Origin: the human T2T-CHM13v2.0 reference genome, Homo sapiens
Length of the DNA: 64,000 bases
Reading direction: 5' to 3' (one strand)
Assembly: GCF_009914755.1 (NCBI RefSeq)
Contig: NC_060941.1
Position 1 is the first letter of the stretch; every line of letters begins with the position of its first letter. Made by a program: the position numbers and the translations under genes. Positions 39,270 to 57,901 of the stretch are shown one piece after another. The notes beneath the pieces are model-generated. The model saw only the letters and a program-made list of their open reading frames with translations, was not told where the DNA came from and did no database searches.

Positions 39270-39430
39270 CCCTGTGGGCTCCAAGAAGGGTAGCTCTGGG
39301 ATCCCGGGCAGGAAATTGGTGACAAGGTGACAAGGTGCGCGTGTCACAGCTGCCCAGTTCACGGCTTATTCAGTCTTCTCCCTCCCCCCACTCCCCACCA
39401 GAAGTGACGTGCTTCCTGTGCCCCGGTTCC
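39270..39430 (-). promoter_or_regulatory. ICAM2: Candidate ICAM2 distal promoter and non-coding first exon
   Basis: Unique-sequence island among repeats; CRE half-site TGACGT 39405-39410 next to ETS CAGGAAG (minus) 39412-39418; donor GGG|gtaagg at 39269; acceptor available at 25512. Confidence 0.55.
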
Positions 39431-39480
39431 CACCCTAAACTAGCCTCATTTAGCTCCACTCCCATTCCGCTTTTTTTTTT

Positions 39481-43203
<3,723 letters not shown>

Positions 43204-43554
43204 CCATCTATGCAAGTTTTAACAATCCAGGTGCTAGATCCACCCAGAACTTGCAGATTACCCTGTGTACCCACTTCGTGAGCTGCACACACAGTCCTGC
43301 TGTTCTGTTGTGTAGCCAGAGTTGAGACCCCTTTACGTACTTCCTCAGGCAACATTTGGGCCAAATCCCACTCTGGAAACCTCCTCCCTCAACTTTGTGG
43401 CCTCTGAGCAGATCACTTTCCATTTCCATTTATTTCTTTTTCTTCTTTGCTTGGTTTCTGGCACATTCCTCTTTGAACTGCCAAGATCATGCTAGGTAAA
43501 TGTTTATTGAATGTAAGCTAGCAGCTTGGTTTTAGGAGACACATATTTTATAGC

Positions 43555-43740
43555 AAGGGGTTTCAAACTTGAACGTGTGTCAGGATCACTGGGGGGCTTG
43601 CCGCAACAGCCCACCGGGCCCCATCCCTAGAGTTCCTGAGTAGTAGGTCTGGAGGGAGGCCTGAGAATTTTTTGCATTTCTAACAGGTTCCCAGGTAATG
43701 ACGCTGCTGCTGGCATCAGTATCACCCGGGAACTTCTTAG
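43555..43740. mobile_element. MER5A (hAT-Charlie)
   Basis: gtttcaaactt..aggatcac..gtaggtctgg..ggcctgagaattt..gcatttctaacaggttcccaggt. Confidence 0.75.
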
Positions 43741-44707
43741 AAATGAGGACCACACTGTTTCAGCGGAATACGAAAGTGTTCTCAATTCACATAGCGTCCA
43801 GCTAATCAAAACCACAAGTAGAAACTAGAGGTGTCACCAGCCTATAGACTGACTAACAGAGACTGTGAGCTCAGTCTGGCAGAGTGGAATTATAAGGCTG
43901 TGTGACCTTGAGCAAGTTGTGTAACCTCTCTGACCTTCAGTTTGCTTATCTGCAAAATGGGATAATAATAATAGCCAACGTTTGTGACATGCTTACTACA
44001 TATGCCACACACTGTTCTAAGCACTCCACAGTAAGTATCATCACATTTCATCCTCATAACAAGCCTATGACTCGATACTGTTGTTATGCCTCTTACAGAT
44101 GAAGAACGTGAGACATGGTACAGTAGATGGCGGGCAGTAGCTGGCACACAGCCAGCAAGAGGCTGAACCAAGATTCCAATCCAGGCAGTTGGGACCCAAC
44201 GTCTGAGCTTTCATACTAGGGAGCCCCTCTCACCCCCTTCAGACCCCCCCTCAAGGGCTTCTGAGAGGAAAGTGTGATGATTTGTAAAACGCTGGCTGAT
44301 AGCCTGGTACACGGAAGCACTCAACAAAGTTTGTGGTTATTGTGAGTTGGTGCCTGGACGTGCACCTATCTGTGTCCTTGTAGGCTGTGCCCAAGGACAT
44401 CCCAGCACGTGTGTTGACTATTGCACAGATCCACAGAATATCAGACCCCAAAATCATGCCCGTTGGACAGGAGGGGGCTGTCCATATTATGTAATGTGTT
44501 AATTCTTGGGTCCTTGGATGGGACAAGGTTGTGAATATGCATCACTTAGAAAACTTATCAGCGAGCGAGGAATGGAGTTGTTTACAAAACCAAGCCCTTG
44601 ACGTCTTCCTGGACCTCAACCTCATCTCATCAGCTCCCCCTACGGAGTGGGGCGGAGGCGGCGGAAACGCTGAACGCTCAGGGTCGACAGGAGCAGGGGC
44701 TGCACTG

Positions 44708-44725
44708 CCCGCCACCTAGTGGCCA
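44708..44725 (-). promoter_or_regulatory. CTCF motif in a CpG-rich patch
   Basis: Minus strand TGGCCACTAGGTGGCGGG is near-consensus; local CpG enrichment at ~44560-44900. Confidence 0.7.
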
Positions 44726-45105
44726 AAGTGAGCAGGTCCCCTAAAAGACACGACGCCCCGCGATCTGCGGTAAATCACATTCCTTGCGATTCTGCAATCA
44801 CAGGTAGATTTGGAATGGGCTAGGATCCCCTGAGAGACTGTTTATAAGGAGGGCGGTCTATGTAGATGCACTAATTTGAGGGAGGGAGAGCGTGGGAGGA
44901 TCTCTGCGGAGGAGAGATGCTTTCTCTCTGGAAACCCTGGACGTGAAGGCACCTGCCAGCTGCCATTTTTCTTGCTCTAAGCTTTTCTGCAAAGGAGGGA
45001 ATAAAACTGAGATGCTTTACTAGGAACTCAGGTGGGAAAATAAACAGTTTCCTTAGGAAAGATGCCAGAGGCAGGGAGCAGAGGCAAAATCCAAGAGAGA
45101 GATGA

Positions 45106-45697
<592 letters not shown>

Positions 45698-45820
45698 TCA
45701 CCCGTGGGAGGGGAGGAGCAGGTGTGCTAAGCAGTAGCTGTGGTTTTAAAATGTTTTTCTTTTCACCATCATCCTTCTTTATCCCTCAGTTTCTTCCCTC
45801 TGCAGCCCCGGAAGAAGGAG

Positions 45821-46040
45821 GTGGGCCGTTCTCGCATTGCTGTAAAGGAATACCTCAGACTGGGTAATTTATAAAGGAAGAGGATTCATTGGCTCACAGT
45901 TCTGCAGGCTGTACAGGAAGCGTAGCAGCATCTGCTTCTTGGAAGGCCTCAGGAAGCTCCCGATCATGGCAGAAGGCAAAGAGGGAGCAGATGCATCACA
46001 CGGCGAAAGCAGGAGCAACAGGAGCAGGAGGTGCCACACA
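45821..46040. mobile_element. MST/THE1 (MaLR) LTR fragment
   Basis: gttctcgcattgctgtaaaggaatacct.agactgggtaatttataaaggaagagg. Confidence 0.8.
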
Positions 46041-46740
46041 CTTTTTTTTTTTTTTTTTTGAGATGGAGTCTCGCTCTGTCGCCCAGACTGGATGAAGTGG
46101 CGCGATCTTGGCTCACTGTAACCTCTGCCGCCTGGGTTCAAGCGATTCTAGTGCCTCATCCTCCCGAGTAGCTGGGAGGCCTCCACAATCACCGATCACT
46201 GTGTCCAAGGGAGAAGGTGCTGGAGGAGCGTGTTCTGCTCCTCAAGACTGTGGCTCAGAAGCAACACATGTCTCTTCTACTCCCATTGGCCAGAATTAGT
46301 CACATGGCCCCAACCTAACTGCAGTGGTGGCTGGGAGTGTTGTCTTCCTGAGTACCCAGAAAGAGGAAAATGCAAAAAGATTTGGTGAAAATATAGCATT
46401 GTCTTTGCCATAACAAACATACTTCCTTTGTTGATTTTTTTAAATCAAAGGCAATAATTGGAGATAAATGTGTTATATCTCCTCTTGGAGAATATTTTGT
46501 TGTCATGTTAAAAGCCTCTGAAAAGTCTTGCTGTAAATATGGAACTTTTATTTAATCTGGCATTTCCCAGATTTGGTGATTGAGGCCTTTTAAATAATTT
46601 AATAGCTTTGGAATTAATATTTGGAGATATAAACTTTGGGAAATTGCCCTAAATGTGTCAACTGGTGAGTCCAAATCTGTGGGGGGAAAATGATGAGCAA
46701 AGAGATGAGTAATGTGTTCTACAAAAGTAGAGGACAGTCA

Positions 46741-47277
<537 letters not shown>

Positions 47278-47794
47278 TTAGGGCTCATTCAAACTGCCTT
47301 CTTCATGTTATAGACAAGAAGGGTAGGGGCTTAGAAAAATGTAGTTTTTTATTCTTAAAGTAATTCATATTCATGAAAGACAATCTGAACTAAGCACAAA
47401 GAAGATTAAAAAAAAAAACAACCACCATATTCTGGTCAGGTGCGATGGTTCATGCCTGTAATTCCAGCACTTTGGGAGGCTGACACAGGTAGATTGCTTG
47501 AGCCCAGAAGTTTGAGACCAGCCTGGTCAACAGAATGAGACCCCATCTCTAAAAAAGAATTTATAAATTAGCTGGGCATAGTGGCACTTGCCTGTAGTCC
47601 CAGCTACTCAGAAGGCTAAGGTGGGAGGATCACCTGAACCCAGGAGGTTGAGGCTGTAGTAAGCTGTGATCCCACCACTGCACTCCAGCCTAGGGGGGCA
47701 ACAGAGCAAGACCTTGTCTCAAAAAATATATAAATATAAATAAAAACATATTCCACCTTGTAAAGGTTAAGTGTTTTATTCTGGAGGAGACAAC

Positions 47795-47812
47795 TGCCAC
47801 CAGGTGGCACTA
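47795..47812 (+). promoter_or_regulatory. CTCF motif
   Basis: TGCCACCAGGTGGCACTA is near-consensus. Confidence 0.7.
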
Positions 47813-48217
47813 AACCTAGCTGGCCTGGGCTGATGGGGAACCCCAGCTGTGCAGGCTCTCCAAGGCCACTCATTAACCTCAAAATAAGGCAGCTCCGCAA
47901 ATCATATGGTTGTATTTCTGGACCCCACTTACTGGTTATGAAAATATTTTACCATTTATTTGATCGGTCTTTCTAATTGTGCTGTACAAATCTTCCACAT
48001 CTTAAATTTTTGGGGGTCTATTTGATCAGTGAGAAAAATGGTTAAAATATCCATTGTTGACAATTTTTCCTTGTAGTTCAGTTTTTGCCTTATATATTTT
48101 GAAGCTATGTTGTTAGGTGTGTAAGGATTCGTGCCTTATATGTTCTATTCAGTTATTTTTTTGATAAAAATGAAATATCTTTTTCTGTCCCATTCAATCC
48201 TTTTCTTTTTGAATTCT

Positions 48218-48263
48218 GTCTATAGCCAGCCATAGCACTCTGAACATGCCTGATCTTGTCTGA
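48218..48263 (+). pseudogene. 5S rRNA 5' fragment (tailless retropseudogene)
   Basis: gtctatagcc(agcc)atagcactctgaacatgcctgatcttgtctga versus 5S GTCTACGGCCATACCACCCTGAACGCGCCCGATCTCGTCTGA; flanked by a tgaattct repeat. Confidence 0.85.
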
Positions 48264-49300
48264 ATTCTATAGAATCTGATTGGTATTGCTAAACCAGCAT
48301 TTTGTTAATATTTGTTTGCTACATCTTTTTCTATGTATTTATTTAAAAAAAAAAAAATTTGAGACAGGGTCTCACTCTGTTGCCCAGGCTGGAGTGCAGT
48401 GGCACCATCATGGCTCACAGCAGCCTAGGCCTCCCCAGGCTCACGTAACCTCAACCTCAACCTCCCAAGCAGCTGGGACTACAGGTGCACACCACCACAC
48501 CAGCTAATTTTTGTATTTTTTTGTAGAGACAAGGTCTCCCTGTGTTGCCCAGGCTGGTCTTGAACTCCTGGGCTCAAGCAAATCCACCCGCCTTGGCCTC
48601 CCAAAGTGCTGGGATTACAGGTGTGAACCATCGTGTCCGGCCCATGCTGTCTTAATTATAATATTATAGCATTTGGAAGAATAATGCCCTAATATTATTC
48701 TTTTTCAGAGCTCTCCTAGTCATTGGTTACTGTTCTTTATGCAATTCTACAAGAAACCTATTCAGATTTTTATTGAGGTCACATATGACATCTTTACAGT
48801 GTTGAACAGTGTTGAGCTTTTCCGTCTCTCTTTCTATGGTTTGTGTGTGTGTGTGTGTGTGTGTGTTTTCTTTTTTCTTTTTTTTTTTTTTGAGACAGGG
48901 TCTCACTCTGTCACCCAGGCTGGAGTGCAGTGGCCCGATCACGGCTTACTGCAGCCTCCACCTCTTGGCTTAAGCAATCCTCCCACCTCGGCCTCCAGAG
49001 TAGCTGGGACTACAGGCACACACCACCATGCCCAGCTAATTTTTGTATTTTTTTTTTTTGTAGAGATGGGAGTCTCACCATGTTGCCTAGGCTGATCTTG
49101 AACTCCTGGGCTCAAGCAATCCACCCACCTTGGCCTCCCAAAGTGCTGGGATTACAGGTGTGAGCCACTGCGCCCAGGTCCTATGTCTTTATTTTCAGCT
49201 TTCCCGTGTGCATTGATTGGGAATTGGTTTCACTTCATGTAGTAGAAACAAACTAATGCAGCTCCGTCAGTAAGATTTTTTTCTCACACAAGAAGTCTGA

Positions 49301-49617
<317 letters not shown>

Positions 49618-49628
49618 TGATCTCCTGA

Positions 49629-49870
<242 letters not shown>

Positions 49871-52012
49871 TAGTAGAGATGGGGTTTCACCGTGTTAGCC
49901 AGGATGGCCTTGATCTCCTGACCTTGTGATCTGCCTGCCTTGGCCTCTGAAAGTGCTGGGATTACAGGTATGAGCCACAGTGCCCAGCCAATGCTCCTCT
50001 GTATTTAGGGCATAACTTAGACCTCCTGGTTGAGAGAGAGCTACTGTACCTCCATGTCGGTGACAGCATTCCAGACAGGAAAAGGTAACAAGGGTAAAGG
50101 ACACAGAGACATGCAGATGGAACAGTCCTTTTTAGCAGAAAAATGAGAGCTTGCTATGAAGCTGCACCCAGCAGAATTCCACTTACATCTTAGTGCCTGG
50201 AACTGGGTTCCATGGACACCACCAGCTGCAAGAGAGTCTGGGGAGTTCAGCCTTTTAAAATGAGCACGTTGCTTCCCTAAAAAAAATAGGGTCTCCATTA
50301 GTAAGAGGGGAGGATGAATCTTGGGTGAATAACTGGCACTGTCTGCTTCACCACAGTATTTTGCTTTTGCTATTTCTTGTAAACAGCATATAAATGAGTT
50401 CTTTTTAAAAACCCAATATGAATTTATAAACCTTCAATAATAAAATAGTATGAGACCAGTGCGTGAATAGACAGGGATAATTAGAACAGAACATAAATTT
50501 CAGGAATAGGCCTAAATACACATCATAGTTTAATAATGTGATAGGGGTGACATCTCAAAATAAATGGGGGAAGTCATGGACTATTCAGTAAATTATGTAG
50601 AAAAAAATAAGGTTAGACCTATACTTCACACCATATACCAGGATAGATTCTAAAAGGTCCAAAGGCCAAAATGTAAAAAAAAAGAAAAGAAAAGAAAAGA
50701 AAAGAAACCTTAGAAATCTGTAAGAAAACCTGGAATAACTGTTTTATAACATAATCCATATTTCAAAGTGAGTGTGATACACCGCAAATGACCACAAATT
50801 CTTTGAAGCTCTTTTCCATCAAGAGATGGAGTCTATTTCTCTACTCCTTGAATCTGGCCTGGGCTTGTGACTTGTGTAGATCAACAAAGTCATCAGAAAT
50901 GCCACTGACAAGTTCCAGAGCCTAGGCCTCCAAAGGCTCTGAGCCTTTGGCTGTGCTCTCTTGGAATGCTGTGGTCTGTGAAGAAGCCCAGGCAAGCCCA
51001 CGGAAGGATGAGTGACCGCGTGGAGCAGAGACAAGTCACGACTCAGATAGATGAGCAAGCCCATCCTAGACCATCCACCTCCTGCTGAGCTGGCCCTGAC
51101 TGAAAGAGCCACCCAACCACCTACAGAGTTGTAGGCAAACAAATGATTGCTATTTCAAGCTGTTTTGTTTGTTTGTTTGTTTGTTTGTTTGTTTGTTTTA
51201 CTACATATTGGAGTAATTTATCACTTTGCAACAAAAGATAACTGTAACGTCACTTCTAAAAATTTATCCTGCAGATAGAATTGCAACATGTGCAAAATGA
51301 CAGACATTAGGTCCAGACCATTCATTGCCCCATTGTCTGTAAAATCTTTTTGTGGGGCAGAAACGGGGATGACAGGGTCTCACTCTGTCACCCAGGCTGG
51401 AGTGCAGTGGCATGATCATGGCTCACCACAGCCTTGACCTCCCAAGCTCAGGTGATCCTCCCACCTCAGCCTCTAGAGTAGTTGGGACTATAGGCACCTG
51501 CCACCATGCTTGGCTAATTTTTTTTATTTTTTGTAAAGACAAGGTTTTGCCATGTTGCCCTGACTGGTCTCAAACTCCTAGGCTCAAGCGATTCACCTGC
51601 CTCAGCCTCCCAAAGTACTAGGATTACAGGCATGAACCACTGGACCTAGTATTGACCCATCGTTTGTAATATCTAAAGACTGAAAACAACCTAAACCTCT
51701 ATCACTAAGGGATGGGTGAGTAAGTTATTATATATTCATACAAAGGGATACTAGACGATGTGAAAAAATATTAGCACCTATATGCTGATATGGAAGGATC
51801 TTCAAGAATATTGCTAAGGTATATAATAAAAAGATATATATGGCCAGGTGTGGTGGCACATGCCTGTAATCCCAGCACTTTGGGAGGCCAAGGTGGGAAG
51901 ATCATGAGGTCAGGGGTTCGAGACCAACCTGACCAACATGGTGAAATCCCGTCTCTACTAAAACTACAAAAAATTAGCCGGGCATGGTGGCATGTGCCTG
52001 TAATCCAAGCTA

Positions 52013-52168
<156 letters not shown>

Positions 52169-53243
52169 TTATTCATAATAGCTAAAACTGATAATTCAAA
52201 TGTCCACCAACAGGTAAAGTATGGCGTATTCATACAATGAAATGCTACACAACAAAGAACAAATAACTAATATACCCAACAACAGGGATGATCTGAAACA
52301 ATATTGAGTCAAAGAAGTCAGACACAAAGAGAACATATTGCATGCTTCCATTTCTATGAAGAGTAAGAGGAGATGGATCTAATCTATGGTGATGGAAGCC
52401 AGAGGGGTGGTTACCCCCTGGGGAATGGAGAGGTGTGTTTGGACTGAAAGGGGCAAAAGAGGACCTTCTGGGGAGGTGGAAATGCTCCATGTCTAGATCT
52501 GGGAGGTGGTTATACTGGTTTTTATAATGTATGTAAAAATCACCAAGTTGCACATTTAAGATCTATGCATTTTACTATATGTAAATTATATCTTAATTTT
52601 TCTTTCATTTTTTTTTGGAGACAGAGTCTGGCTTTGTTGCCCAGGCTGGAGTATAGTGGTGCAATCTCAATTTACCTAGGCTCAAGTGATCCTCCCGCCT
52701 CAGCCTTCTGAGTAGCTGGGACTACAGGTGTGTGTACCATGCCTGGCTAATTTCTGTTTTTTTTTGTTTTTGTTTTTGTTTTTGGTAGAGGTGGGTTTTT
52801 TTCATGTTGTCCAGACTGGTCTTGAACTCCTGGGCTCAAGTTATCCTCCCGGCCCAGCCTCCTAATCTTTCATTTTTTTTTTTTAAGAGACAGGGTTTCA
52901 CTATGTTGCCCAGGCTGGCCTTGAACTTCTGGGCTCAAGTGAACCTCCTACCTCATCCTCTCAAGTACCTGGGACTACAGGTGTGTGCCACTGTACTCAG
53001 CTTTATAGCTTAACTTTTAAAAAGAAATATTGCTAAAGAGAAGAAAAAAAAGCAAGATTCAGACTAGTGTGCATAGTATGTGCATAAAAAAGTGGGAGAA
53101 AGAATATGAAGTCATGTTTGCTTAAACAACGACTGTAAGGATACCCTAGAATCCAAAGGAGACAGTCTACTTCGGTGGTGGATTTACCAGAAGGGGCCAG
53201 GGAGGGGAGAGGGAGGCATTTCACCTTTTATCGTTTTGGACTT

Positions 53244-53806
<563 letters not shown>

Positions 53807-54414
53807 CGTTTTGGACTTTTGAATCCTAAGCATAAGTTACTCATTCAAACAATTTTAGAAGTTTAAATTTAAAAAGAGTCCAGCCTGAGGACTGCTGCAC
53901 TTCAGTAAGTGAGTTTATATGCCATTGACTTCTGTCATTTGAAATTTTCCCTTATCCTACTTCTGTACTTTTCTTGTTTACCAGGTTTTTACCTCTTTCA
54001 CATAGTTAGTGGGTTGAATTTTGTTGTTCCATTCCTCACCTGGCCCCAGTAATTTGAAAGGTTCTGCCTGTCCTGCAGTCACCCCCCACTTAACTCGCCT
54101 ACTTAAGCTCATTGTTTCACCATGTCTAGAGTTGACCATTATCTATAACCTCCCACCAAGCAGGTCAAGAGCCTTTGCAGACATCTGCCAAACATTGGCA
54201 CCCCTCTGCCTAAATATGTGGGAATTTTAGACTCAAATTTGGGAGGGGGAGGTTTCAAAGAGAAATTAATGGAAATATTTAATTTTAAATAATTTTACTA
54301 GGTGTGGTGGCTCACGCCTCTAATCTCAGGGCTTCAGGAGACAAGGTGGGAGCATCACTCGAGCCCAGGAGTTTTAGACCTTTTCTCTACAAACAATAAA
54401 AATAAAAAAAATTA

Positions 54415-54609
<195 letters not shown>

Positions 54610-54702
54610 CTACCTTCTCCTGAATTCCTTTTTGTTAGTATGTATCTGCCAGTAATTCCTTTGTTGTGGGTTTGTGGGTGGCAATCTTTTTAAATTCTTT
54701 TA

Positions 54703-54879
<177 letters not shown>

Positions 54880-55429
54880 TCACCTATAGTCCCAGCTGCT
54901 CGGGAGGCTGAAGCAGGAGGATTGCTTAAGCCCAGGGTCTTGGAAAGAGTCCACTTCCTGACCTTTTCCAGTTCCATGGCCTTTTCTTCCATCAACATAC
55001 ATCCCTCCAACCCCTGACCCTGTCACCGTCTTCTCCCCCACTGTCACATCACCTCTCATGGCCCTGTCTCAGTCCCCAGCCCCATCGTTAGGGGACATCA
55101 GGCCCAGTACGGACATGGGACTGGAGCGCCAGGCCTCTCCTGGTCACTGTTGGTCAGTGACAGGCTCCCCCGGCCCGCCCTCACCCAATCACTTTCTCTT
55201 TAACACGGAAGCAGGCCTCCCAGTCATCCTCTGCGTCTTGGGTCAGCATTCCAGCTTCTGCTTATCCTCTAGAAACTTCACTGGGCCATAGTCCTGGTGG
55301 TGATTACTCTTTCCAGCTCTGTGTCACCTGGAAGCAAACTCCAGGAGCACCTCTGCGACTTCAACCAGTAGGGGAGCAGGGCTGGGAAGAGAAAGGGCAG
55401 TTTCAAGAGGCACAGGGATGAGAAGAAAG

Positions 55430-55875
55430 GGAAGAACACAACAGTCGCCACCTACAGGACTGACCGGCCAAACCTTGCTCAGAGGCCAAGTCTACTCAGT
55501 TACTGTCTGGCCAGTCCTACCCCTCAACCCCCACTGTGGGGGCTAAAGGTACTCCAGCTTGGATGCTGATCCCACACGCTGACCTCGATTAACCCTAGTT
55601 CTGGGAATGCTTCTAAGATTTCTAATTTCACGTACTTACCCTTAGGTCAAAAAAGGTTGATGTAATTGCAAATGTACACTTACCCTAAATCCTGGTCCTT
55701 AGGCAAATCCTGAGTCTGGAAGGTAGCAGTGCAGGGATCCACCCTCTCATCTTATGGCTGCCTGAGACATGGCTTCTATCTCTATGTCCCTATTAAATGT
55801 TTCTGAGAAAACTGGGTTTGTCACCCTCTTTTTTCAGCCTCTCAGCTCCCTCAGCCTTCAAGGGTAGGTTTTCCA
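55430..55875 (+). mobile_element. MER39-like ERV1 LTR
   Basis: gagacatggcttct..gtccctattaaatgtttctgagaaaactgg..cagcctctcagctccctcagcc..gggtaggttt. Confidence 0.6.
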
Positions 55876-56497
55876 GGGCTGCCATGTTCTAATCAGCCCT
55901 GACCCTCGGCCCACAGCAACTGGCCTGGAGATAGGTGGGCTCATGATTTGATTTTTGGCCTTGGCACAGGGTCTGGTCAGTCTCTTGCTAAAGTGAAAGA
56001 TGTTAAATGTTTTCAATAGCGAAGGAAACACTGGTCTGTGGAGAGAGGAATAAGGTCATCAGGGGACTTCCCCAAGGCACAGGACACTCCAGCACGGGTG
56101 CCTGGCCCACCATGGAAAGGCAGACAGGGGAGGTGACTGTCACGAGGATCTGGGAGTGACGCGTGGAAGTGACTACTGGAACAGATACTGAGGTAGTATG
56201 AATAAGGACACTCACTGACAGAATACAGATGTGTGCACACTGATCCGGCTATATTTTATGAAATGGATCAAACATCTGGAAAAGAACATTTTTGCAGTCC
56301 AGTATGGACTTGGCACGCAAAGCTGCAGACCCTGCCTCTGTGCCCCATCTTTGACAACTGTCCCCAGGCCCCAGAAGTACATCCAGGTCGTGCCTGCCCT
56401 CCTCCCAGGCCTGGACCATTTCAAGACTCAGTCCCAGCCCTGGTGAGAATCCAAGAGCTGTCTCTGCTGCCACATGAAGTGAGACAAGGCAGCCAAC

Positions 56498-57094
56498 CGA
56501 GGCAGGAGAGTAGGGTCGGGAGGCAGGGAACCTAAGGCTGTTTCACGCCGACTTCCTAGAACTAAATCGAAAGGAAAACCCTAACTTTCCACGCCTAAGT
56601 AACAAAAGGACCAGAGGCTACTCCCTTTGATCTTTTCTGTCCACAACCAATCAGACTGATTGCAGACTGAGTCTTCATTTGCATAGAAGTATAACTTTGT
56701 AACTTCATCCTAGCCTCTGATTGGTTGCTTTTGGCAACCAATCAGATGTTTCGCACAGGGGTGTGACCTTTGTAACTTCACTTAAGCCTCTGGTTGGCTG
56801 CTGTCTGCAACCAACTGATTGCAGGCTACCACTTCATTTACCTGAGGTGAGCATGAGTGGCCAATGGGAATCTTCTAAGGGGATATTTGGACCCAAGAAG
56901 ATTCTGTATCTGGGCCCTTGAGCTGCTGCCTGGGTCCGCTCCCACACTGTGGAGCCTACTTTTGTTTTCAATAAATCCCTTTCGTTCTTTTGTTGCTTCA
57001 TTCTTTCTGTGCTTTTCTGGGCGTTTTGTCTAATTATTTGTTCAAAACGCCAAGAACCTGGGCAACTTGCAGTCACAACCCTCTACCGGTGACA
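56498..57094 (+). mobile_element. MER51-type solo LTR
   Basis: Starts (c)gaggcaggagagtagggtc.ggaggcagggaacctaagg, ends ggtgaca; 4-bp TSD caac; CCAAT boxes; AATAAA at ~56970. Confidence 0.8.
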
Positions 57095-57895
57095 CAACAA
57101 CACCTCACCGCCCTTCATTCACCCTTGGAGTTGGCTGTGTCCAAGACTGCATCTCAGAGGAGGTGTGTGTCCAGAGGCCTCAGGGTCGCTCCTGGTGCCC
57201 TGCGAGGCGTGAGGCGAGTAGGATGGGATGGTGGCAGGTGGAGCTTGCGGAGGGCAGGAGCTAGCCTGGATGCAGCCCCCGCTAAGCTGTCCTGGGGCAG
57301 GTGGGCCCTTGGGGTCCTCCCTTGTAAGCTGCCCCCGGCCTGGCACTGCAAGAGCAAGTGGAGCCTCACCTGATTTCTCCATAGAGAGGGTGCAGGGGAA
57401 GGAGCAGGTGTGTTGGGAGGATTGCAAAGTCCAAGCAGACGTCAGCTGAGCTCATTCCACACGCCGCTGTCCCACTCTTTGGGGGCACTCCCAGCCCTTG
57501 TTGGTCTCAATGGCATTTCTCCCCTCCTGGGTTTCCTGGTCTGGTATCCTACCTACTGTACACATGCCCCAAACTCTGCTTTGAAGCCCAATTCTCACCA
57601 CGTGGCATGACTGTCCCAGCTGGCCACCTTCCTGGAATTCAGCCCAAATCAGTACTTTTGGGAACTTCCTGCAAGGTTTCAAAGAAGCTTTTCTGACACA
57701 CAGCCACCATGGAGGGTGTTCCAGTCCCCGGACCCTGCTGTGGACATGAGGACACCCATCCCCCACCGGCCGAGCCAGCTGCAAAGGCCTCATAATCCAG
57801 CCCTGGCCACCCAGAAGGACAGTAAGCACAGCCTATCTGAGAATGGTATTTGAATCTTTAAGAAAATGAGACTGACTCCAAAATCTAAAACTACC

Positions 57896-57901
57896 TTTAT
57901 T
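57896..57901 (-). terminator. ERN1: Distal poly(A) signal of ERN1 (AATAAA)
   Basis: tttatt on + strand at the end of an AT-rich UTR block. Confidence 0.7.
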
